Below, piece by piece: positions 18,658 to 26,445 of a DNA stretch of 64,000 nt. The number at the start of each line of letters is the position of its first letter. Position 1 is the stretch's first letter. Origin of the DNA: Acidimicrobiaceae bacterium (GTDB lineage: Bacteria > Actinomycetota > Acidimicrobiia > Acidimicrobiales > Aldehydirespiratoraceae); assembly GCA_028819005.1 (NCBI GenBank), contig JAPPMP010000032.1, positions 11,236 to 75,235 on the forward strand, read 5' to 3'. Under the pieces are notes generated by a model, which ran no database searches, was not told the origin of the DNA, and worked only from the letters and a program-made list of their open reading frames with translations. The position numbers and the translations under genes are program-made.

Positions 18658-19245
18658 TCACCAACCCGACTGGCGGGCGTCGCCGATGAGGGATTCACCG
18701 TCGAATCGCTCGACCCAGCAGTGGATCGAACGGTATCGGGCGACGTCGTCCTCGAAGTTCGACTGTGGTGGCGTGATCACGCCGATCTCCAACTCGGAGG
18801 TCTCGTAGTCGCTGCCCACCCACTGCTCGAACCGGCGATAGCAGGACTGGACGGCGAACTCATCCATGACGTCGTCGCCGGGGTAGATCGACGGGTGCGG
18901 GGCGGGGTAGGTGAGGAGGTGGTAGATCTGATGGTCGTGAGGCTCGTCGCAACTGATGAGGCTGGTGATGACCTGCGATTGTCCGGCAGCGAGATCCTCC
19001 GAGCGGTTGAAGCAGTCGCCGACGCTCAGCGAGAATTGATCGATCACCGAGCCGCGGATTTCCAGCGGATGAGCGTTTGGTGCAGCGCTTGGCCCTGGCT
19101 GTTCGGCCGGTCCGGCGTCCGCGGCGTCGAGTCTCTCCGACACGAACTCGGCGGGATCTTCCGGAGTGACCGGTTCGACCGTGTCGCTGGAACACGCGGC
19201 GCCGAAGGCGGTCGCGCTGATCACTATGCAAAGCAGCACTTTCAT
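18658..19245 (-). CDS. lipoprotein, septum-formation-family-like
   Basis: Signal/lipobox 'MKVLLCIVISATAFGAAC' and conserved Cys pattern 'SVGDCFN...SCDEPHDHQIY...CW'. Confidence 0.55.
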   Translation of the reverse strand: MKVLLCIVISATAFGAACSSDTVEPVTPEDPAEFVSERLDAADAGPAEQPGPSAAPNAHPLEIRGSVIDQFSLSVGDCFNRSEDLAAGQSQVITSLISCDEPHDHQIYHLLTYPAPHPSIYPGDDVMDEFAVQSCYRRFEQWVGSDYETSELEIGVITPPQSNFEDDVARYRSIHCWVERFDGESLIGDARQSGW

Positions 19246-19340
19246 TGCCCGAAGGCTACGCCTTCGCGTCAGGCTGTGGGGCCGGTCGCGATGGGCTGCA
19301 CGGCTCAACCGCCGGCGGCATCAGCCGGTAGCGTCTTGTT

Positions 19341-20036
19341 GTGTCCATTGTCGCGTTGCGTGATGCGGTCGTGTTGCTCGGCCGCTTCCCGGCTCTGTCA
19401 GGGGTCGACCTCGAGGTCGACGCCGCGGAGATCGTCTTGCTGCAGGGTCCCAACGGAGCCGGAAAATCGACGCTGCTGCGTTTCTGTGCCGGGCTCTTGC
19501 GCCCGCACTCGGGAAGCGCGGTCGTGTTGGGCCATGACCTGCGCGAATCTCGCCCGGCGGTTCGTCGCTCGGTAGGTCTTCTGGGTCACGACACCGCCCT
19601 CTACGACGACCTGACCGTCACCGAGAACCTCCAATTCTTGGCGAGGGCGTCGCGCATCGAGCCCGAAGAGGTGGGATCAGCGCTCGACCGCCTTGGTGTG
19701 TCTGCGCGTTTGCGCGACGTGGTTGTCGGTCGACTTTCGGCGGGTCAACGGCGCCGGGTTGCGCTCGCGGGCGTGGCTCTTCGCCGACCGGAGTTGTGGC
19801 TGCTCGATGAGCCGCATGCGGGGCTTGACCAAGGGGGGCGGGACCTGGTCGACGGGCTGGTCGCCGAAGCGGCGGCCGACGGCGCCACCGTGCTGGTGGC
19901 GTCCCACGATCTTGATCGCGCCCTGGATCTGGCCACGCGGCGCGTGAGCGTGGTCGGTGGGACTGTCACCCCCGATGCGGTTGGCGGGGCGGGAATTGTC
20001 GACCCGCTCGGTCTGTCGAGCAGGCAGGAGCGTTGA
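19341..20036 (+). CDS. ccmA: heme exporter ATP-binding protein CcmA
   Basis: Walker A 'GPNGAGKST', ABC signature 'LSAGQRRRVAL' and Walker B 'LWLLDEP'. It is the first gene of the ccm chain. Confidence 0.85.
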   Translation: MSIVALRDAVVLLGRFPALSGVDLEVDAAEIVLLQGPNGAGKSTLLRFCAGLLRPHSGSAVVLGHDLRESRPAVRRSVGLLGHDTALYDDLTVTENLQFLARASRIEPEEVGSALDRLGVSARLRDVVVGRLSAGQRRRVALAGVALRRPELWLLDEPHAGLDQGGRDLVDGLVAEAAADGATVLVASHDLDRALDLATRRVSVVGGTVTPDAVGGAGIVDPLGLSSRQER

Positions 20037-20704
20037 TGTATACGGACATCTGGCTTGTGGCCGACAAAGACCTTCGAATCGAATGGCGTTCCCGCGTTGC
20101 TTTGAGCCAGATCTTGCCTTTCGCCCTGACTGTCCTAGTGCTCTTCGGATTTGCCCTTAACGCGAACCGCGAAGTCCTCACCGCGGCCACTTCGGGCCTG
20201 TTCTGGTTGACCGTCCTGTTCGTGGCTGTCGTTGCAGTTCAGCGATCGACCGCCATTGAGACGGCCGATGGCGCCCGCCGCGCACTGTTGCTCGCCGGTA
20301 TCGAGCCTTCGTCGGTGTTTGTCGGAAAAGCGCTCGCTATAGCTGTGCAGGTACTAGGAGTCGAGATCCTGATGGTGGGTGGAGTGCTGGTGTTCTACGG
20401 CGCCACGGTCGAGTCGTTTCCGCTGCTGCTTGCCACCTGCGTGGTGGCGACCCTTGCGATCGCGGCGAGCGGCACGCTTCTGGGCGCGTTGGTGGCTGGC
20501 GTCCGTGCCCGCGAGACGGTTCTGCCAATCCTGCTTCTGCCGTTGTTGGCGCCTGTGTTGATCGCCGCTTCGAGAGCGTTCGACGATGCGCTCGGCGTGC
20601 TCGCAGTCGATGGTTGGGCCTGGCTTGGGCTCCTGGCTGGTTTCGGGGTAGTCAATGCTCTGTTGGGAACGTTGGCATACGGGCCTTTGCTGGAGGAGAC
20701 ATGA
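20036..20704 (+). CDS. ccmB: heme exporter membrane protein CcmB
   Basis: Six-helix hydrophobic protein. Its ATG overlaps the ccmA stop (TGATG). Confidence 0.8.
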   Translation: MYTDIWLVADKDLRIEWRSRVALSQILPFALTVLVLFGFALNANREVLTAATSGLFWLTVLFVAVVAVQRSTAIETADGARRALLLAGIEPSSVFVGKALAIAVQVLGVEILMVGGVLVFYGATVESFPLLLATCVVATLAIAASGTLLGALVAGVRARETVLPILLLPLLAPVLIAASRAFDDALGVLAVDGWAWLGLLAGFGVVNALLGTLAYGPLLEET

Positions 20705-21453
20705 GCGCTGACGCCGTCAACACGGGGAGCCGAACCACGCGCCTGCTGGGGTCTGCGGTGCTCGTCGGCGTGCTGGCGCTGATCCTGCTCGGGTTCTTCG
20801 GCGCCCCCGAAGACGATGAGCAAGCCGACGCGGTGCGCATGATCTTCGTCCACGTTCCGTCGGCCTTCCTCACCTATGCGGCTTTGGCGACAACTGCGCT
20901 CGGCTCGGTGATGTGGTTGTGGAAGCGCTCGCGTTGGTGGGACGTCGTGGCGCACTCCTCAGCGGAGATCGGAGTGATCTTCTGCGGCTTGACCCTCTTC
21001 ACTGGTTCGGTCTGGGGTCGTCCCACCTGGAACACGTATTGGGACTGGGGCGACGTGAGGCTCGTCACCACCTTGATCCTCTTCTTGATGCTGGTCGGCT
21101 ATCTGGCGCTGAGGTCGGCGGGGGGCGATGAGAACGCGGTGGCCACGCGTGCCGCAGTGGTCGGTCTGCTCGCCGCGGCCAACGTGCCGATCATCAATCG
21201 ATCTGTGGAGTGGTGGGCGAATCGCACGCTTCATCAGAAATCGTCCTTGACCGATGGAAACCTTGAAGACCTGACCTTGTTCACGCTCGTGGTGGGGATC
21301 GTGGTTTGGGCTTTGTTTTTTGTGTGGGCGATGATTCATCGCTTCCGGATAGGTTGGCTGGAGCATCAACTGCAGGCCGTTGATCTGGAGACGGCGCTGG
21401 CTCAACGCCGGGCCGAAGCGACGGCCGAATCCACCGGGGAGGCGAACCAGTGA
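20701..21453 (+). CDS. ccmC: heme exporter protein CcmC
   Basis: WWD-type motif 'WGRPTWNTYWDWGDVRL'. ATGA overlap with ccmB. Confidence 0.85.
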   Translation: MSADAVNTGSRTTRLLGSAVLVGVLALILLGFFGAPEDDEQADAVRMIFVHVPSAFLTYAALATTALGSVMWLWKRSRWWDVVAHSSAEIGVIFCGLTLFTGSVWGRPTWNTYWDWGDVRLVTTLILFLMLVGYLALRSAGGDENAVATRAAVVGLLAAANVPIINRSVEWWANRTLHQKSSLTDGNLEDLTLFTLVVGIVVWALFFVWAMIHRFRIGWLEHQLQAVDLETALAQRRAEATAESTGEANQ

Positions 21454-21647
21454 CTCATCTCGGGTACTTGCTGGTCGGCTGGGGCGTCAGCCTCGGTTGC
21501 GGAGTGCTGTACGCGGCGCGCCTGGTGCTTCGCGGACGCGATTTGTCGGCCCGGGTTCCAGCGGAGCACCGCCGTTGGATGACCAGCGATGACGGCGCCG
21601 GTTCCGCCGCTGAGTCAGCCGCGCCCGACCAAGGGGCAGGTTCGTGA
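21450..21647 (+). CDS. ccmD: small membrane protein in the CcmD position
   Basis: 65 aa with a single TM ('LGYLLVGWGVSLGCGVLYAA'). GTGA overlaps on both sides. Confidence 0.45.
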   Translation: MTHLGYLLVGWGVSLGCGVLYAARLVLRGRDLSARVPAEHRRWMTSDDGAGSAAESAAPDQGAGS

Positions 21648-22189
21648 CCGGGGAACTCACACCTCGAGCGCCGCGGCCTCTGCGTTCTCGCAAAGCGCCG
21701 TGGGTTGCGCTGGTGATCGCCCTCGCGGTGGTCGTGGCTGTGGCGGCGTTGATCGTCAATCTCGTCGAAGGCTCGCTGTACTTCTACAACGCGGATGAAG
21801 CTGTCGAGGAGCGTTCAGACATCGGCGACAGGCGCTTCACGCTGCAGGGTTCCCCGATCGGCTGCTCGATAGTCGAGGGCTTCAGCGACGACGCGCCAGT
21901 AGTCGCGTTCAGCCTCTCCTTCGGCGGCTCCTCCGTCGACGTCGTGCATCATGGTGACCCTGCTGATCTGTTCCAGGCGGATGTGCCGGTGGTGCTCGAC
22001 GGCGTCTGGGTCGAGCAGCCACCGGTGGTCGAGGGTTTTTCGGGCATCGCAAACGACGGTTGGCACTTCTCATCGGATCGCATGCGCGTCAAGCACGACA
22101 ACGACTACATCAATGACGACGAGTATGACGAGCGGTTGGCTCTCAGTGACGCGGGAGCGGATTCAACCGAGGTGGTCTGCGAGGCGTGA
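21644..22189 (+). CDS. ccmE: heme chaperone CcmE
   Basis: N-terminal anchor followed by an OB-like body. The heme-binding HxxxY motif is present as 'KHDNDY'. Confidence 0.8.
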   Translation: MTGELTPRAPRPLRSRKAPWVALVIALAVVVAVAALIVNLVEGSLYFYNADEAVEERSDIGDRRFTLQGSPIGCSIVEGFSDDAPVVAFSLSFGGSSVDVVHHGDPADLFQADVPVVLDGVWVEQPPVVEGFSGIANDGWHFSSDRMRVKHDNDYINDDEYDERLALSDAGADSTEVVCEA

Positions 22190-24183
22190 GCAACGTCACC
22201 CTGGGTGCGCTTCTTGTTGCCCTGGGAGCGGCGAGCGCGTTGGCCGGTATCGGCGTAGTCGTCGGTGGCCTGCTCGGTCGCAGGTATCGCTGGTGGCGTG
22301 ACTGCACGATGCTGGCGGGCTTCATGATGGCCGCGGCGGGTGGCGCATTCCTGGTCATGGAGCGTGCGCTGATAACCCGCGACTTCACAGTCTCGTTTGT
22401 GGCGCAACACGGCTCGTCGCGCACCCCGGCAGTATTCAACGTGGCGACGTTGTGGTCTGCGCTGGAGGGCTCGATCCTGCTGTGGACGCTGGTGCTGTGC
22501 GGTTACGTCGTGGCGGTCGTCATCAAGTTCCGCGACCGCGGTGACGATCCGATGATGGCCTGGGTGATGCTCACGCTGTTCGTCGTGTGCGGGTTCTTCT
22601 TCCTGCTCATGGTCGGCCCGGCCAGGCCGTTCTCCTCGTTCGATCCGGCGCCTTCTGCGAACGGGCAGCCCTTCGATGGACCCGGCCCCAACCCGCTGCT
22701 GCAGAACCACATTCTGATGGCCTTTCATCCGCCGATCCTCTATCTCGGCTATGTGGGGTTCACGGTTCCCTTCGCTTTCGCGATTGGAGCATTGGCGACC
22801 GGCAGGGTGGGCGAGGGCTGGCTGCTCGCTACTCGACGCTGGACGGTTATGGCCTGGGGTCTGTTGACCCTGGGAGTGATACTCGGAGCCTGGTGGAGTT
22901 ATGAGACTCTCGGATGGGGCGGCTACTGGGGTTGGGATCCGGTGGAGAACGTTGCGCTGCTGCCGTGGCTCACCGGCACTGCTTTCGTTCATTCGGTGAT
23001 GGTGCAGGAGAGGAGGGGGATGCTGCGGGTGTGGAACTTGTCGCTGGTCATTGCGACTTTCTCGCTCACCATTCTGGGCACCTTCATCACCCGTTCCGGT
23101 GCGCTGGAATCGGTGCATGCGTTTGTGGAGTCGGCTATCGGGCCCTGGTTCCTCACGTTCTTCGGTCTGACCGTGTTGGTTTCGCTGGGCTTGATCGCCT
23201 GGCGTGGTGACGAGCTCCGCGCGCCGGGGCGAATCGACTCTCCGTTGTCGCGTGAGGGCGCGTTCCTGATGAACAACGTGGTTTTCGCGGCGTTCGCTTT
23301 CGTGGTGCTGCTCGGGACGATCTTCCCGCTGATCGTGGAAGCCCTCAACGGGCGCACTCTGACCGTGGGCAGTCCCTACTTCGAGCGGATGACGATGCCG
23401 ATCGGCTTCGTCCTTCTCTTTTTGATGGCGATCGCGCCGGCTCTGCCATGGCGCAAGGCTTCGGCTGGGCTGTTGAGCGATCGGCTCATCTGGCCGGCCT
23501 GGTTGGGCGTCGGGGCGATTCTGTTGAGTGTGATGGTCGGGGCTCGTGGTTGGGCACCGTTGCTGGCGTTCGGACTCGGGGGTTTCGCCGGCGGCGCGGC
23601 GCTGCGTCAACTGGCGTCGGCTATCCGTCGTCTGCGCTGGCGTGGTCTGATCGGCCGCACCAACGGAGGCATGATCGTGCATCTCGGAGTGGTCCTGATC
23701 GCCGTTGCGCTGGCTGCGAGCAACTCCTATGTCCGTCAGGAGACGTTCGAGATGTCTCCTGGCCAGACAGCAGAGTTGTCCGGTCACACGTTCACCTTCC
23801 TCGGCACTGAAGTGGTGGAGTACTCGAACAGGGTTGAGCGCAGAGCCGCTGTGCGGATAGACGGGGGGCCGGTACACGAACCGGCTATTGCCATATACGA
23901 CTTTGCGGGTCGGCTGATCGGGATCCCGTCGGTGCGCTCCACTTTGACCGACGACGTGGCTCTGTCGATAGCAGAGATGTCTGACGACGGTCAGACCGTC
24001 TTCTTGAGAGTCACCGTTCAACCGCTGGTCGTGTGGCTGTGGATCGGCGGGTTTGTGATGGCTGCGGGCACGCTGCTCGCAGTTGTGCCTCAGAACCGTC
24101 GATCGCCGATCTCGCCGGGTTCGGCTTCATCGACGCGCCGGCAAGTTCGGACGGCCCGAAAGAGCGGTAAGGAGCTCGTGTGA
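22186..24183 (+). CDS. ccmF: cytochrome c heme lyase subunit CcmF
   Basis: 665 aa, polytopic, with WWD motif 'WGGYWGWDPVEN'. Confidence 0.9.
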   Translation: MSNVTLGALLVALGAASALAGIGVVVGGLLGRRYRWWRDCTMLAGFMMAAAGGAFLVMERALITRDFTVSFVAQHGSSRTPAVFNVATLWSALEGSILLWTLVLCGYVVAVVIKFRDRGDDPMMAWVMLTLFVVCGFFFLLMVGPARPFSSFDPAPSANGQPFDGPGPNPLLQNHILMAFHPPILYLGYVGFTVPFAFAIGALATGRVGEGWLLATRRWTVMAWGLLTLGVILGAWWSYETLGWGGYWGWDPVENVALLPWLTGTAFVHSVMVQERRGMLRVWNLSLVIATFSLTILGTFITRSGALESVHAFVESAIGPWFLTFFGLTVLVSLGLIAWRGDELRAPGRIDSPLSREGAFLMNNVVFAAFAFVVLLGTIFPLIVEALNGRTLTVGSPYFERMTMPIGFVLLFLMAIAPALPWRKASAGLLSDRLIWPAWLGVGAILLSVMVGARGWAPLLAFGLGGFAGGAALRQLASAIRRLRWRGLIGRTNGGMIVHLGVVLIAVALAASNSYVRQETFEMSPGQTAELSGHTFTFLGTEVVEYSNRVERRAAVRIDGGPVHEPAIAIYDFAGRLIGIPSVRSTLTDDVALSIAEMSDDGQTVFLRVTVQPLVVWLWIGGFVMAAGTLLAVVPQNRRSPISPGSASSTRRQVRTARKSGKELV

Positions 24184-24734
24184 TGACCGCCGTGCCTCCT
24201 CGGAGGGCCGTGTGGATCGTGACCCCCGTTGCGGTGGTGATGCTGCTGCTGTTGCTGCTGTTCGCGACCCGCGATTCTGGGACCGGAAGCGGCAGTGCAG
24301 CGATCAACAAAGGCGGGTTGGCGCCGGCGATCATCGGTCCGACAATCGATGGCGGGGAGTTCGACTTGGACGACCAGCGGGGCCGTTTCGTGGTTGTCAA
24401 CTTCTTCTCCACGACATGCGTGCCTTGTATCCGCGAACATCCGGAACTGGTCAGTTTCCATGAGGCGCACGCGCCGACGGGTTTTGCCGAGGTCGTGTCG
24501 GTGGCCTTCGACGACAGCGCTGCGAATGTGGCTGCGTTCTTCGACTCCAACGGGGGGGACTGGCCGGTTCTCGCCGGCGACACGGGTTCGACAGCAGTGG
24601 CTTACGGAGTCCCGCTGGTGCCTGAGAGCGTCATCGTCGCCGACAACGGCGAGGTCATCGACAAGTTGATCGGCGGCGTCACCCGGTCTCAGATCGAGAA
24701 CGCGATCGCCGCCTATCAGGAGTCGCGAGCGTGA
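24180..24734 (+). CDS. ccmG: thiol:disulfide oxidoreductase CcmG/DsbE (TlpA family)
   Basis: N-terminal anchor and thioredoxin motif 'FFSTTCVPCIRE'. Confidence 0.8.
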   Translation: MMTAVPPRRAVWIVTPVAVVMLLLLLLFATRDSGTGSGSAAINKGGLAPAIIGPTIDGGEFDLDDQRGRFVVVNFFSTTCVPCIREHPELVSFHEAHAPTGFAEVVSVAFDDSAANVAAFFDSNGGDWPVLAGDTGSTAVAYGVPLVPESVIVADNGEVIDKLIGGVTRSQIENAIAAYQESRA

Positions 24735-25279
24735 CCCGTCGAGCCGGCCCACCGACGCGCAAGGGGGCCGCTCGGCGCTTGTCGGCCTGGTTGGGGGTTC
24801 TGGTGATCGGCGGATCCGTCTTTCTCTTCGGAGCCGTTGACGAAGGCTCTCCCCGCACCGACGCGGACCGCGTCTATTCGCTGGCGAAGAACTTCGGCTG
24901 CCCGGTGTGTGATGGGCAGTCCGTTGCGGAGTCCGACACGGTCGTGGCCCGCAACATTCGTCAACAGATCGCTCGACGAGTGGACGAGGGTCGCAGCGAT
25001 GATGCGATCATCGCTGAACTCGAAGCCTCCTTCCCCGGCAACGACTACACCCCCGCTGCTTCGGGATTGTCGAGTCTGGTCTGGATTCTTCCCGTTGTTG
25101 CGGGTGCGGGCGCGCTTGCCGGGCTCTTCGTCGTTTTCAGGCGTTGGCGACAGGAGGCCGAGTTGGGCGCCACTCCTGCGGACGAACGCCTGGTCGCCGA
25201 GTTCCGCCGCGAATCCGAGCTCGCAGACCTTGCGGACCCGGACGGACCTGTGCAGATCGATGAGCAGGGCGATGCCTGA
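24731..25279 (+). CDS. ccmH: cytochrome c maturation protein CcmH
   Basis: 'FGCPVCDGQSVAESD' matches the CcmH CxxC signature. A TM helix follows. Confidence 0.8.
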   Translation: MTRRAGPPTRKGAARRLSAWLGVLVIGGSVFLFGAVDEGSPRTDADRVYSLAKNFGCPVCDGQSVAESDTVVARNIRQQIARRVDEGRSDDAIIAELEASFPGNDYTPAASGLSSLVWILPVVAGAGALAGLFVVFRRWRQEAELGATPADERLVAEFRRESELADLADPDGPVQIDEQGDA

Positions 25280-26441
25280 CAGCGACGAGACCGCATTGGA
25301 ACGAGAGCGTGATTTCCTGTTCGTGTCGCTCGCGGATCTTGAAGCCGAGCATGCGGCAGGCAATTTGAAAGAAGCCGATTTTGCGAAGCTGAGGTCGCAT
25401 TATGTGGCCCGTGCTGCAGGCAGCATTCGGGCACTTCGAGCGGCTGGCGGTGAGGCCGGCGCCGATGAGCGGCACGCCGAGGCGCCCGCACGAAGTGCGA
25501 GGTCGTGGCGCCTGGTCGCGTTGTGGGTGCTCGGCATCGGGCTCGTGGCCACCGTGGCCGGAGCGACCTTGGCAGACTTCTCAGGTAGTCGGGGGGCCAC
25601 TGGTCAGCTGACAGGCGGCATCCGTGAGTCGGTTCGCTCACGGCTCTTCGATGCTCGTGAGGCGACCGGTGATCAGGATCCGGACCGGGCGATCGCGATC
25701 TACGACGACGTGCTGACCGATGAGCCGTCGAATGCTGAGGCGCTGGCCTACCGAGGGTGGCTGACATTTCTCTCCGGTGACGCACTGTTGGCCCGCGACT
25801 TCGTCGAAGAAGCGGTCGCGGCGGATCCGAGCTTTCCCGATGCTCGGGTTTTCGCCGCTTCTCTGGCTCTCTCGGCGGGAGAGCCGCTGGTCGCCGGCGA
25901 TCATCTCGACGCCTTCGAGCGGATCGACAGCCCGTCGTTCATTTCCCAACTCGTTGAATCTCAACAACTCGACCTGAGGGTTGCCGAGGCGGCGGGACCC
26001 GCGGCTGTGTCGCTGGTTGCGCCATTGCTCCAAGGCGCTGCCTACGATCCCGCGGAGATACCGGTGCGCCATGTGTCTGTCGCGGCGGATCATCTGGCTG
26101 CGACGGGTCGGCTTGAAGACGGGCTGGCGCTGTTCAGCGCGATGTTGTCGAGTGCGGGCGACGATCCCGACGTGCTGGTTGAACTGGCCTGGTTCTTGGC
26201 CCGCGCCTCTGTCGGGGTTGAAGCGGGGATGGCCGCCGCGGGTTCCTACCTCGACGCGGTGATCGAAGCCGACCCGACCCGTCCCGACGCCTTGGTTTAT
26301 CGTGCCATGGTGCGTTTCCAGCTTGATGACCGTCAGGGCGCCGCGGCTGATCTTGCCGCTTACGACGCTGCGGAGGTGGTGCGCCGCGATCTGGATCGGC
26401 TAATTTCTGAGACCGAACTGCGCGATGTGCTTGCTGAGTAG
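25272..26441 (+). CDS. ccmI: TPR-repeat protein in the CcmI position
   Basis: Start at 25260 or 25272, overlapping the ccmH stop. It has one TM ('LVALWVLGIGLVATVAG') followed by TPR-like repeats. Confidence 0.55.
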   Translation: MPDSDETALERERDFLFVSLADLEAEHAAGNLKEADFAKLRSHYVARAAGSIRALRAAGGEAGADERHAEAPARSARSWRLVALWVLGIGLVATVAGATLADFSGSRGATGQLTGGIRESVRSRLFDAREATGDQDPDRAIAIYDDVLTDEPSNAEALAYRGWLTFLSGDALLARDFVEEAVAADPSFPDARVFAASLALSAGEPLVAGDHLDAFERIDSPSFISQLVESQQLDLRVAEAAGPAAVSLVAPLLQGAAYDPAEIPVRHVSVAADHLAATGRLEDGLALFSAMLSSAGDDPDVLVELAWFLARASVGVEAGMAAAGSYLDAVIEADPTRPDALVYRAMVRFQLDDRQGAAADLAAYDAAEVVRRDLDRLISETELRDVLAE

Positions 26442-26445
26442 CCCT

